This document shows positions 28,411 to 42,730 of a stretch of DNA of 64,000 nucleotides, piece after piece; position 1 is the first letter of the stretch; each line of letters opens with the position of its first letter. The notes under the pieces are model-generated. The model saw nothing but the letters and a program-made list of their open reading frames with translations, did no database searches and was not told the origin of the DNA. The stretch spans positions 32,001 to 96,000 of the forward strand of contig CAWENF010000004.1 of assembly GCA_963810275.1 (NCBI GenBank), in the 5' to 3' direction. This stretch comes from an uncultured archaeon. GTDB lineage: Archaea > Thermoproteota > Bathyarchaeia > Bathyarchaeales > Bathycorpusculaceae. The translations under genes were made by a program, and so were the position numbers.

Positions 28411-29682
28411 CAGCTGTACATCCGCCACTTGGCCTGTATCTGCCCAAACCCCCACAGCTGCCATGTTCAATCCGCCCGTGTAGTTTGTTTCCAAATTCAT
28501 CAAAATATACCAATATGGGACAAGCGCCACCGAGTACCCTCGCGGATGCGGCAGCATCTCAACCGAAACCGTGTCTGCTGCTGTGAAGCCGCTGATTTCC
28601 GTGCCGTTAAGTATCCAAATCAAGGTTTTAAGGTGGTCTTTTGCGATTTGGACGGCTTGGTTTTGCTCGACATTTGCTTCGGTGTTGGCTACTGTGAACA
28701 GAAAGTATCCGTCAGTTACTGCCGATAAGACGCTGTCATCAAATGTCATGCGGAGGCTTTTAGAGTTGAAGTCCACATCTTCTTTGGTGTACATCCATAG
28801 GAATTCTGCAGCAGTGCCTTGCAAGGTGATTTGCAGTTTCAGGTCTCCTGCGGTTACGGTTGTGAGTTCGCCGTCGGTGGCGTTTACCGTGTTAAGGAGG
28901 CTTAGCATTTCGGATAAATATTTGTCTCTGCTGTAGGCAATGTATCTGTCAAGGGCTGCTTTAGCGGCTTCTAACGTGTCACTGGGTGGATTTTCTGTTA
29001 ACTGAGGGCTGGATTGGGCTGCGACAAGCTGGTATCGGCTGAGATGGTTCTCTCTGAAACGCAAACTAACATCCAAATTGCCATATGGGCTTACAAACGA
29101 GTACCTGAGCACCTCTTCGGCTACCTCAAAGTCGCCCCTATACTCCAACGTGTTGCTGAGGAGTGAAATCTTGTACTGGTTAGTATCAAGCAGCACTACG
29201 TCACGCAGCAGGTCGGCGATTTTGCCCGCGCCGATACCCCACGAAAGCAACTGTTGGTTCTCCGCTTCGACTCGTCTCTGTTCCTCACCCATCCTTGCCA
29301 TCTCACTGTACTGGTAGAAACCAAAACTTGACAGCAACAGCACAATAATCATAAGCGCTGCAAAGGCGGCTTTCCATTTGCGTGCCAGCTTTTTAGGGCG
29401 GCGCCTTTCCAATTCAGGCGCTTCCTGCACACCCTTCATGGCCTGCACGGTGGCTCTGCCAAAACTCGACAACATGTATTGCCCAATTTCTGTTTTCGTT
29501 AACAGTTCTCCGAGACTTTCAAGGTGGTATGTTAAGTGGCTACTGGATATTCCGAGTTGCTCAACGATTTCCATAAAAGTCATGGGTTTGTCGTTTAGCA
29601 TGCGTAGGATGCGGCGGCGCACTGGGTGTTTCAGGGATTTGAACATGATGGAGTAGATTTCTTCTTCGTTGCTGTTACCCAT
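28399..29682 (-). CDS. ArsR-type wHTH + single TM + extracellular domain (membrane-anchored regulator)
   Basis: FKSLKHPVRRRILRML...SSSHLTYHLESL; TM AAFAALMIIVLLLSSFGFY; about 300-aa soluble C-terminal region. Confidence 0.75.
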   Translation of the reverse strand: MGNSNEEEIYSIMFKSLKHPVRRRILRMLNDKPMTFMEIVEQLGISSSHLTYHLESLGELLTKTEIGQYMLSSFGRATVQAMKGVQEAPELERRRPKKLARKWKAAFAALMIIVLLLSSFGFYQYSEMARMGEEQRRVEAENQQLLSWGIGAGKIADLLRDVVLLDTNQYKISLLSNTLEYRGDFEVAEEVLRYSFVSPYGNLDVSLRFRENHLSRYQLVAAQSSPQLTENPPSDTLEAAKAALDRYIAYSRDKYLSEMLSLLNTVNATDGELTTVTAGDLKLQITLQGTAAEFLWMYTKEDVDFNSKSLRMTFDDSVLSAVTDGYFLFTVANTEANVEQNQAVQIAKDHLKTLIWILNGTEISGFTAADTVSVEMLPHPRGYSVALVPYWYILMNLETNYTGGLNMAAVGVWADTGQVADVQLLSG

Positions 29683-30014
29683 GGCCCGATTCCGTTTTGT
29701 AATATGGAGTTTGGGTGTATAAAATTTGCTAAAGAAACGATGCTTCGAAATCTATGTATTCAGATCCTTCTTGAGCTTTGGGGTAGTTAATTTGAGGTAT
29801 GTAACGCTCTATTGTATGTTAGCATCCGTTTTACGGGCTTTTTGGCGCTTGCTCCCCTGTTTGTTGTCCTTATTGTATTCTGAGGTTTCTGAGGTTTTTG
29901 GGTAGGATTCTGGAAAAGTTTAATATGGGCTAAACGCGAAGGGAACATAAGTCAAGTCCAAGTGACCATTGTGCAATGATTCGGGCTTGACCAAGAAAAT
30001 GGGAGCTGGGGAAA

Positions 30015-30338
30015 ATGAACCTAAAGCTATACGCAATCAAAAACATTAGCTGCCCTCGACTTGAGCAAATTCAGCTTGTAGTAGTTGACCTAGACAAAAG
30101 CAAACATTACCCTCTCAACTTCGTCTGCGTGCTGCCAAGGTACTTCCGGATCTTGGAGAAACGTAGCAGCAAATTTGCCAAGCTATTCGGAGAAAGAAGC
30201 TTGCTAACCGCCAAAAAACTATTGGTGAATGCTCAGTCTGAAGAGGCAGACCCAGAAATCCAAACAGTGATACAACGTCGAATAAAAGACATAGACGCCA
30301 AAAATAACACTGCACCAGCGCAATGTGCAATGCAGTAA
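30015..30338 (+). CDS. hypothetical protein
   Basis: Has its own TATA (about 29919-29925), a GGGAG RBS and a downstream terminator hairpin. Confidence 0.6.
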   Translation: MNLKLYAIKNISCPRLEQIQLVVVDLDKSKHYPLNFVCVLPRYFRILEKRSSKFAKLFGERSLLTAKKLLVNAQSEEADPEIQTVIQRRIKDIDAKNNTAPAQCAMQ

Positions 30339-30359
30339 CCGTTTCTGAAGGTTAGTTTG

Positions 30360-30400
30360 CCTCTAAATCTTTGGGTTTAGAGGTTACTTCTAATTTTTTG
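30360..30400 (+). terminator. hairpin plus T-tract
   Basis: CCTCTAAATC-TTTG-GGTTTAGAGG then TAATTTTTTG. Confidence 0.55.
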
Positions 30401-30608
30401 TTTGAAACAAAATCAGTTAGCTTATTCTCCTGCTTGGCACACGCAACATTAGTTACCGCAAACACCCGCTCACATTAGATACACATACCCGATTCCATCT
30501 GTATGTCAAGAAACGTTGACAAGGGCTAAGTCAAGAAATCTATACAAGAACACTTTATGGCCAAACCTAACCTAAGAGAAAAATGGTCCTTAACGCTCTT
30601 AGTGTGTG

Positions 30609-31817
30609 CTATTTGATTGAAAGAAGTAGGGAAATGAGATATTTGTTTTCAACTAAGCCGTAGCTGCCTTTCTTAGCTGACATCTCATCATATTTTTCCA
30701 CTCCATCAGGCTTCAAACCGGGTGCCGAAATTGCGAAAGGCACGGGATCGCGGCTGTGCGTGCGCAATTCGATGGGCGTAGAGTGATCTGGCAGCACGGC
30801 AATTGCGTAGGGTTCAGTCATGCCATCCATGATTCTGCCTATGCAGCGACGATCAAGGTCTTCGATTGTTTTGACTTTAAGCTTGACGTCGCCAACATGC
30901 CCTGCCTCATCAGGCGCCTCCACATGCACAAAAACCAAGTCCTTGGTTTTTAGCGCTTCTATGGCGGCGTCAGCTTTGCCCTCATAGTTAGTATCAAAAA
31001 GCCCTGTAGCGCCCTCGACTGTTATGATTTCCATACCCGCGTAGGAACCAATGCCCTTAACTAAGTCAACAGCGGAAATCACAGCGGATTCTACTCCGTA
31101 CTTTTCTTTAATCGTGGGCATAGATGGTTTTTTACCACCTCCCCAAAACCAAATCAGATTCCCAGGATTTTTTGCTTCCATTTCTCGTGCAATGTTGACG
31201 GGGTGCTCACGTAAAATCTCACGTGAACCAACAATCATGTCTTGGAGCATTCTGGCATCTTTTTCCGCCCGTTCCGTAGTTGCCTTTGGTAAAACATCCG
31301 AAATTGGTAGACCTCTCGCGTCATGAGGTGGCACGCACTGGATCTCTTCAGGATGAGGGAAATCTCGCAGAATAAGGAAATGGCGGTAATCTAAACCTAC
31401 GTAGAACTCGATTTTGCCTTTATGGTGGTAGACTTTTTTTATGGCTGCTATGAGTTCGGCGGCTTCCTCGGTAGAGATGTGCCCAGCGGAGTAGTCTGCA
31501 ATGGCTTGTTTTTCTTCAGTGATGAGGTTGCATCTGAACGCCGAATCGTTTGGACCCAAATCTATCCCCCGTGACGGCACTTCCAAGGGCCCGCGACCAG
31601 TGTTGTATATACGTGGGTCGTAGCCTAAAACTGAGCAGATGGCTGTGTCGGAGCCAGGTGTGCACTCGTCGGGCACGTTTCTGATTAGGCCGCTTCTGCC
31701 TTTGGCTGCGATGGCGTTCATGTTGGGTTTAGATGCTGCTTGGAGAGGCGTTTTATTATCTAACTCAGCTATAGGGTAGTCGGACATGCCGTCGCCAACC
31801 ACTAGTATATATTTCAC
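30609..31817 (-). CDS. apgM: cofactor-independent phosphoglycerate mutase (archaeal type)
   Basis: GDGMSD, KTPLQAA, PGSDTA, GRGPLE, HVEAPDEAGH, PDHSTP. Confidence 0.93.
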   Translation of the reverse strand: MKYILVVGDGMSDYPIAELDNKTPLQAASKPNMNAIAAKGRSGLIRNVPDECTPGSDTAICSVLGYDPRIYNTGRGPLEVPSRGIDLGPNDSAFRCNLITEEKQAIADYSAGHISTEEAAELIAAIKKVYHHKGKIEFYVGLDYRHFLILRDFPHPEEIQCVPPHDARGLPISDVLPKATTERAEKDARMLQDMIVGSREILREHPVNIAREMEAKNPGNLIWFWGGGKKPSMPTIKEKYGVESAVISAVDLVKGIGSYAGMEIITVEGATGLFDTNYEGKADAAIEALKTKDLVFVHVEAPDEAGHVGDVKLKVKTIEDLDRRCIGRIMDGMTEPYAIAVLPDHSTPIELRTHSRDPVPFAISAPGLKPDGVEKYDEMSAKKGSYGLVENKYLISLLLSIK

Positions 31818-32043
31818 TGCAATTCACCATTCGTGTTGTCAGATTAAGGCAGTCCCGTATTTATCTGCTATCCATCGCTCATACCCTACCATAAGTTTGG
31901 GCTGACGACTACTTATGAGACTTCAGCAGTAGGTTGAATTTTGATTTGTAATTAGTAACTCTTTTTATGCTCGGTTTATCGTGTATTGCTTAATGAGTAA
32001 TACTAAACTATAGACGTGAACTTTTGAGGGGAAAAAGAGTCCA

Positions 32044-34009
32044 ATGAACGAGCCGACAGAAAACTATGCAAACGCCATAGTCATTAGCGCAACAATAAAA
32101 GAAACCGTCGACAAAACCGCCCTAATTGGACTTCTAAAAACCTACAATATAGACACCAAACCAGTAGAGAGCCCAGAAGTCTTCAGTCGGAGATGCAATC
32201 CCCACCCTGCGGAAAGTCAAAACCGTCCTTCCCGAAGCCTTCTACAAAGACTTAGCCACAAAACTTGGTATGTCCTACATCAGCCAACAAGAAGTCAAAG
32301 ACCTCTACCAACAAGAACAAAAAAGCAAACTCGTCTCCATCCTCCCATACCCCATAATTAGCAAATACAAAGTCATACCCATAGAGATAAGCGGTTCCAA
32401 GGTGGATTTAGCCGTCGACAACCCCCTAGACCGCCGTGTCATAGTGACGCTTCAGTATCTTTTCAGCACATACCACATCAACCTACACGTTGCATCCACC
32501 AACGCCATCGATTGGGCAATAGATAACATATATAACAAAATCCACAAAAAAACCGCTATGCTTGACCTTTTCAACCGCTCCCCCGACCAGTCAGCTCACC
32601 GCGTGCTCTATCCTATCCAGAAATACTTCCTAATAGCAACTATCGCCGCCATAACAGTTGCAGCCATAGTAAACTCAGCAGTTACTTTAATGGCGCTCTT
32701 TGCATTCATAAGCATCGGGTATTTCCTTGTCAACCCTATAAAAATCTACATTTCTGTTCGCGGATTTAAAGGTGGTAGGGCACCAACCCGCATCAACAAA
32801 GCAGAGTTGGAGTCGACGCAGGACGAAGACTTACCTGTTTACACGATCCTCATTCCTGTTTTCCAAGAAGCTGATATGTTAGCGCAAATCATGCGAAACA
32901 TGTACAAACTCAATTATCCAAAAAGCAAAATGGACATAAAAATTCTAATGGAAGAGTTCGACGAGGAAACAATCAACGAAGCCAAAGCCATAGGCCTGTT
33001 CGGATTTCCCACAAAAAAAGTCGACGAAATACCTGAAGAAAAATATTTCGAATTTCTGGCACTTTTTGATCCAATAATCATTCCGAGCGCAAAGATAACA
33101 ACTAAACCGCGCGCCTGTAACTATGGTTTACTGCGTGCGAAAGGCGAGTTATGTGTCATCTACGACGCCGAAGATAACCCTGACCCTGACCAGCTAAAAA
33201 AAGCCGCCATAGTTTTCATGCGTTCTCCAGACGAGGTCGTCTGCCTTCAATCAAAACTAAACTTCTACAACGCCGACGAAAAGACCCTAAGCAAATGGTT
33301 TAGTATCGAATACGCCAACTGGTACGAATTTTACCTCCAAGGTTTAGATTTACTTGACGTACCGATCCCCCTTGGCGGAACCAGCAATCACTTCCGTAAA
33401 AAAGGTCTTGACGAATTAGGTCGATGGGACCCCTACAATGTAACCGAAGACGCCGACTTAGGCATTCGACTAGCGCGTCGAAGACTAAAAACCGAAATGA
33501 TTGACAGCACGACCCTTGAGGAAGCCACCCTAACCCCTAAAGCTTGGGTGGTTCAACGGTCTCGTTGGTATAAGGGTCATGTGCAGACTTTTCTTGTTCA
33601 CTTGCGTAGTCCGCGCAAACTTTACAAAGATTTAGGCGCCAAAAAATTTGCTAAACTACTATTGACCTTTGGAGCAGGCGTTTTTATCCCACTGATTAAT
33701 CCTATTTTATGGGTTATTCTGGCGGTATCGCTTATTTTGCCTGTCTTCAGTTGGCTTATACCAAGCTACCTTATCCCTCTAAGCGTTTTTAATTTAATTA
33801 TAGGTAACCTCTCATACCTAGCAATCTACGTAGTTTCCTGTGTTAAACTCAAAAAATATCGCTACATTTCCTACGCGTTGATTATGCCACTTTATTGGGT
33901 GCTTATGAGTTTTGCTGCTTGGCGTGGATTCCTGCAGTTGTTCATTAAGCCGTTTCACTGGGATAAAACTCAGCATGGTCTCTCCAAAGTCACCCAACCA
34001 ACGAAATAA
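32044..34009 (+). CDS. processive GT2 glycosyltransferase with N-terminal PilB/GspE-N (T2SSE_N)-like domain; frameshift near 32170
   Basis: TKPRACNYG, YDAED, GGTSNHF, VTEDADLG, QRSRW and C-terminal TMs; N-terminal LATKLGMSYI...KYKVIPIE...LAVDNPLD...AIDNIY. Confidence 0.8.
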
Positions 34010-34069
34010 GCCTTAGACGGGTTTATTTATCCCCAAATCTTTTAAGATTAAATCTCTCTAACGGATTCT

Positions 34070-34828
34070 ATGCAAAACATTAACCCGCTCTTTATGCTTC
34101 AACCCATACTCGTCATCGCCTTCTCAGTTGCAATCATGGCTTACTGGCACCGAAAACGCCATTTCCACGCCAATGTCTGGCTTTACACTCTAATCGCTTA
34201 TGGTGCAGCCATCGCCCTCAAATATGCCATCCAAATCCCCACCATTGACGCAGTTAACGCACTTGGTAACCCCTACGTGTTGGGCGCATACTATGGAGTT
34301 CAAACCATGATTCTAGAAGTCGGTTTGGCATACGTTATTGCTCAATACGCATTCAACAAGGGCAAAATGGACCGCAGAGATGCTGAGGCTTATGGTTCAG
34401 GCCTAGCTTTCTGGGAAAATGTCGGATTAATAAGTGCACTTAGCCTTGTCAACCTTATGGCATACTACTTCATCCTATCTGGCACAGGATCCATCGCAGA
34501 TTTAACTTACAACCAGCTAATCACCAATGCTCCTGCGCTCTTCTCGTCAAACACAACAGCTCTTGGACTGGTGGCTTTGGGTTTGCTGGAACGATTTTCA
34601 TCCGCTTTAATCCATATTGCGTGGGGATACCTCTGCGTTATGGCAGTGGTGCACAAAAACAAAAAGCTATTCCTTATTGCGTTGCCGATGGGCTTTGTTG
34701 ATTTCTTAGTTCCCTTTGCAATCGGCTCGCTTGTGCTCTTTGAGGCGGTGATTTTCGCACTGGCAGCCCTGTCCGTGTTTGTAGCATGGTACGCAATCAA
34801 AAAAGTTGAGCAGAAACAGGCAGGTTAA
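34070..34828 (+). CDS. YhfC/PrsW-like intramembrane glutamic protease
   Basis: ILEVG, AYGSGLAFWEN, LERFSSALIH; multiple TMs. Confidence 0.7.
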   Translation: MQNINPLFMLQPILVIAFSVAIMAYWHRKRHFHANVWLYTLIAYGAAIALKYAIQIPTIDAVNALGNPYVLGAYYGVQTMILEVGLAYVIAQYAFNKGKMDRRDAEAYGSGLAFWENVGLISALSLVNLMAYYFILSGTGSIADLTYNQLITNAPALFSSNTTALGLVALGLLERFSSALIHIAWGYLCVMAVVHKNKKLFLIALPMGFVDFLVPFAIGSLVLFEAVIFALAALSVFVAWYAIKKVEQKQAG

Positions 34829-35221
34829 ACGCTGCCATCCCCAGCCTCTCCCCCAACACCCGTTGTTTAGCTTCTCGAAAATAGTATTCACAAATTCGCG
34901 AGTTAACTTGTCGAGAAAGTATTATGTCGCTTGAGACAGCTGGAGAAAAAACCAGATAGTGCATGAATAGGGTGGGGTTAAACGCCAAGCAGATTATCCA
35001 TGAGCGAAACGTGTACGCTACTCAGGCGCCCTTATGTTACTATCCAGCAATGGACCCGTGAAACAGGTAGTAACTGCATTGCGGCGCAGAAAACAGACGC
35101 CAAGAATCTTAATGTTGTCGAACTGCGGAAGTGCCTTAGCTAACTTAATTCCCTAATATAGCTATATAAAAAATTTTATATGTTAGGCTTCGCCTTCTTG
35201 CTTAAGAGTAGTTGATTGTTT

Positions 35222-36200
35222 ATGTCTGTTAAAATAACCTCAGATTATGTAGGGATGCTAAACAAAGCTGTTGAACGCGAAATCGGTGTTTCCCTTCAAT
35301 ATATTTTGCAGCACGCAAAAATGGAGAAACTGATGCGTAAAACGATACCAGAAAACATACTTTTAGATAAAACCACTTACGACGCTATAGGTAAAATGTT
35401 TGAAGAAATCTCAATTGCAGAGATGAAACACGCTGCAGACATAATGGAACGCATCTACTACCTTGGAGGAGAAGCCACAACTAAATCCAGTGAAATCACC
35501 GTCGGCAGCTCGATAAGCGAATTCGCCAAACTCGGCGTCAAGGCAGAAGAAGAAGCATTAACTCTTTATCGCGAAATCATTGTACAAGCAGGAAATATAG
35601 GCGACTGGAATACTCGTGAACTTTTCGAACGAATTTACAAAGAGGAAGAAGACCACTTATTCAAATTCCAAGAGTATACTGCATTCCAAGACGAAAAAGA
35701 CGAACAAAGCACAGTAGCAATGCCTGAGTGGCGCAAAATCTACACTGAAGAATATTTTGCTTTGCTCAACAAGGCGGTTGCAGCCGAAATAACCGGCATC
35801 GTCCAGTACACTAACCAGCATGAGAAAGCAGCAGCACTTAAGCTACGCATGAAAGATTCCGCATTAGAAGCAGTGTCTGCACAAACAAAGCTGAAGTCGT
35901 CAGCAAACTCCTGAAAAGTGTGTTCATGCAGGAGATGGACCACCTGGAGAAAATCACCGAACGTATCTACCTACTCGAAGGAGAAGCAGTTGCCAAAGCA
36001 GACCCCTTGCCAGTTGTCGGCAACACAGCACAGGAATTTATTTGCTTGACCACAAGCTTGAGAGCGACACAATTTCGCTTTACCGTAAAATCATTGCTAA
36101 AGCCGTGGAGCTTGGGGACACAACGACCAAGACTATGTTTGAAAACATCATAATGCAAGAAGAAGAGCACTTCTGGTCATTTGACGACTACGTGAAGTAA
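35222..36200 (+). CDS. tandem two-domain bacterioferritin-like protein; frameshifts near 35880 and 36042
   Basis: Two copies of LNKAV..EI...QY..QH, EMKH/EMDH..ERIY.L.GE, and EEDH/EEEH. Confidence 0.75.
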
Positions 36201-36443
36201 CTGCTTCACTTCTTTTATTTTTTAGAAAATAATTCTTTTTTAGCAGATTCTTTTGTTCTTTCACGCAACCTCCGTTCCAATATATGATAAACGTTCTTCA
36301 TCATCAAAAATACATTTTTTTAAAAATAACCTATAAACCAAAAATTGCTGAAACCTTTTTCCGAAACCTATAATTTGCTTCAAATCAAACCTTACATGTA
36401 ACAGAGCAAACAGCTTTGTCTATCAATTTTCAAAGTGACCTTT

Positions 36444-39331
<2,888 letters not shown>

Positions 39332-39450
39332 AGTCTTGTTGATGAAGAGTGAGAAGCTTCTCCTTTCTCCTCGATTTCTCCTTAATCTTTCTTCTCAAAC
39401 ACTTAATCCCGATTCAGCTTATTAATCGCTGTTTCCATTTTCGATATATG

Positions 39451-39822
39451 TCACTGCTGGTCAGGCTCCAAATCCATATAGCACTGCTCGGTGAACCTTG
39501 GAGTGCAGACGCAATAAAATACTAGATCTGTGGTGCCAGTGTTGGTAATTTTTTGTGAAATCAGAGGGGGAATAACTACTACATCGCCCACCGTAACCTC
39601 TGCTGGCTCCAAGTCGCCGACTCTAACTATGGCTTGACCTTGGGTGATTATGTAGATTTCTTGTACGCCTTGTTTTAGTTGGTGGGCTTTAGTGGTGATT
39701 CCTGGTTTTATTGTTGCACGTGCAATTGATACTGCTGGGTCGCTGTGGTTTTCAGCTATATAGCATCTCTCAGGAGTTAGGTATTCGTTTGGGGTTTGGG
39801 CTTTGATGATTTTTGGCTTCAT
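39451..39822 (-). CDS. cupin-domain protein
   Basis: SIARATIKPG...EIYIITQG...GDVVVIPP...FYCVCTPRF. Confidence 0.8.
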   Translation of the reverse strand: MKPKIIKAQTPNEYLTPERCYIAENHSDPAVSIARATIKPGITTKAHQLKQGVQEIYIITQGQAIVRVGDLEPAEVTVGDVVVIPPLISQKITNTGTTDLVFYCVCTPRFTEQCYMDLEPDQQ

Positions 39823-40066
39823 TTTCTAGGTTTTCTCCAAGCGATTTTGGCTTGGGCGCCCATTTTTTGTTGTATTTAGGGGTGTTTTGGGTTTTTTAAT
39901 TATATTGTTTGCGCAAGCCTTAACCAATGTATTTATTTACGTAGAAATCGGGTTTTTTGGCGAAAAAGAGCTGTTTTGCTTGTTTTGTTGTCGGTGTTTT
40001 TGTGTATTTTGCTTGAAGTTGCTTAAGGGATTGATGGGGAATTTGTAGTTTATATGTAAAAATAAC

Positions 40067-40122
40067 TTATATAGGCGCTAAGGGTAGTGTATTCTTGAGC
40101 TTGTTGGCACTACGTCTAAGGA
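40067..40122 (+). promoter_or_regulatory. TATA box followed by two NrdR-box-like sites
   Basis: TTATATA at 40067-40073; GCGCTAAGGGTAGTGT (40075-40090) and GCACTACGTCTAAGGA (40107-40122), 32 bp apart. Confidence 0.65.
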
Positions 40123-40143
40123 ATAGCGAGCATGTATTAACAT

Positions 40144-40611
40144 ATGAGATGTCCATACTGCAACTCAGAAAACTCAAAAACACTTGAAACACGCGACTCC
40201 CCAGAGAACACTACACGCAGACGAAAAGAATGCGTCAACTGCGGCAAACGTTACACCACCTACGAATATCTGGAAACCGTTGAGCTCGTGGTACGTAAAA
40301 AAGATGGCGACCTCCAACGGTTTGACGTCAACAAAATCATAGGCGGACTGCAGAAAGCCTGTGAGAAACGCCCCGTAACCATGAGCCAAATCAACGAGTT
40401 AGCAGACAAAGTCCGCCAAGACTTGATGAATAAAGGAACTGAGGAAGTCGCATCCGCAGAAATCGGCGATTTAATAATGAAGTACCTCAAAAAAGTGGAT
40501 CGGATCGCCTACATTCGTTTCGCTTCGGTTTACAAGCAATTTGAAGAGCCTGAAGATTTCAGGCGATTAATCTCGGAAGTGAAGAAAAATGAAGTTCGTA
40601 CTAAAACGTGA
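40144..40611 (+). CDS. nrdR: transcriptional repressor NrdR
   Basis: MRCPYC...TRRRKECVNCGKRYTTYE Zn ribbon, ATP cone, AYIRFASVY. Confidence 0.95.
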   Translation: MRCPYCNSENSKTLETRDSPENTTRRRKECVNCGKRYTTYEYLETVELVVRKKDGDLQRFDVNKIIGGLQKACEKRPVTMSQINELADKVRQDLMNKGTEEVASAEIGDLIMKYLKKVDRIAYIRFASVYKQFEEPEDFRRLISEVKKNEVRTKT

Positions 40612-42716
40612 TAGTAAATTAGAACCCTTTGACCAAGAACGCATTACAGTAGCCATTTACAAAGCTGCAAAAGCAGTCGGCGGTAAAGATAAAGAGCAGG
40701 CTAAAAAAATTAGTGACGACGTCGTAGCTGAACTTAACCGACTCTATGGCGATGACGGTGTCCCCACAGTTGAGGAAATTCAGGATCTCGTAGAAAAATG
40801 CCTCATCGAAAACGGACACGCCCAAACAGCCAAAGCCTACATCCTCTACCGCAAACAACACAACGACATGCGCGAGTTAGCGGCACTTCTGAGCAGCTCC
40901 GACATGGTCGACCAGTATATAGAAGTAGAAGACTGGCGCGTAAAAGAAAACAGCAACATGAGCTACTCATTGCAAGGCTTAAACAACTACCTCTCTTCAA
41001 CAGTCATCGCTAAGTACTGGATCGCCCGTATATACCCCGAAGACATCGCAGCAGCCCACTTCTCAGGTGACATTCACATCCACGACCTAGGCGTCTTGGG
41101 ACCATACTGTGTAGGCTGGGACGTCTCAGACCTCCTCTTATCTGGATTTGGTGGAGTGCACGGCAAAATCGAGAGCAAACCCGCCAAACACTTCCGAACC
41201 GCCCTTGGACAAGTGGTGAATTTCTTTTACACCCTTCAAGGCGAAGCAGCAGGTGCGCAGGCGTTTAGCAACTTCGACTCCTACCTTGCACCTTTCATAC
41301 GCTACGACCACCTAAACCAAAGAGACGTTGAACAGGCACTGCAAGAATTCTTCTTCAACATGAACGTGCCCACCCGCGTCGGCTTCCAAACCCCATTCAC
41401 AAACCTCACCTTAGACCTGAACGTACCCGAATTCATGAAAGACGACGCCGTCATATACAACGGAAAAGTCACAGGTGACACCTACGGCGACTTCTCAAAA
41501 GAAATGGAGATGTTCAATCTCGCCTTTGCCAAAGGTATGGAGCAGGGCGACTCAAAAGGGCGCGTTTTTACCTTCCCCATCCCAACCTACAACATCACCA
41601 AGGACTTTGACTGGGATTCGCCAACTTCACAGGCAATCTTTGAAGTAACCGCCAAGTATGGTGTGCCGTACTTTAGCAACTTTGTTAACAGCGACATGAA
41701 ACCCGAAGATGTCCGTAGCATGTGTTGCCGACTACGCATCGACAATCGTGAGCTGCGCAAACGAGGCGGTGGCTTCTTTGGCGCTAATCCCCTCACAGGC
41801 AGCATAGGCGTAGTAACGTTGAACCTGCCCCGGGTCGGCTATCTCTCAAGGGACGAGGATGATTTCTTTGAGAAACTCAGCGGGCTTATGGAAACTGCTA
41901 AAACCAGCCTCGAACTCAAACGCAAAGTACTCGAAGGCTTCACTGAGAAAGGTCTTTACCCTTACTCGCGCCGCTACCTTCGTCACGTCAAAGAAGGGCA
42001 CGACCGATATTGGAAGAACCACTTCTCCACAATCGGCATAGTCGGTGTCAACGAAGCCATCCTAAACCTGCTTGGGCAAAACATCGCCTCCAAAGACGGA
42101 CAAGCATTCGCAGTAAAGATGCTAACCTATATGCGTCAACGCCTCTCAGAGTACCAGGAGGAAACAGGCGCCATCTACAACCTCGAAGCCACACCCGCCG
42201 AGGGTACCGCCTACCGCCTTGCGCGCCTTGACCGCAAACGCTACCAGCGACATAATTTTTGCCAATCAAAGACAAATCGTGTCCGAGCATGCTGAGCCTT
42301 TCTACACGAACTCGTCTCAATTGCCCGTGGACTTCTCAGGCGACCTATTCGAAGCACTTGAGCATCAGGAATCTTTGCAGACACTCTACACTGGTGGAAC
42401 AGTCTTCCACATCTTCCTAGGTGAACGCCTGCCCACCTGGAAATCCGCTGCGGAACTCATCAAAAAAGTTAGCTGGAACTCACGCCTACCTTACTTCACG
42501 CTGTCGCCTACGTTTAGCATTTGCCCGACACACGGATACACAGCAGGCGAACATCGAGTTTGCCCCACGTGTGGCTCAAGAAGCGAAATATACAGCCGTG
42601 TCGTCGGTTACCTGCGTCCCGTTGATCAATGGAACGACGGTAAACAAGCAGAGTTTGGCATGCGTACGACCTTTGACCGCTCAACAGTAACAAAAACAGC
42701 GCCGATAATAGCTTAG
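40589..42716 (+). CDS. nrdD: class III anaerobic ribonucleoside-triphosphate reductase with ATP cone; frameshift near 42244
   Basis: VLKRD ATP cone, IHIHDL, SMCCRL, EATPAEG; the C-terminal CPTH/CPTC and glycyl-radical RVVGYL motifs are in the second frame. Confidence 0.92.
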
Positions 42717-42730
42717 GTGAACCTTCCTAA

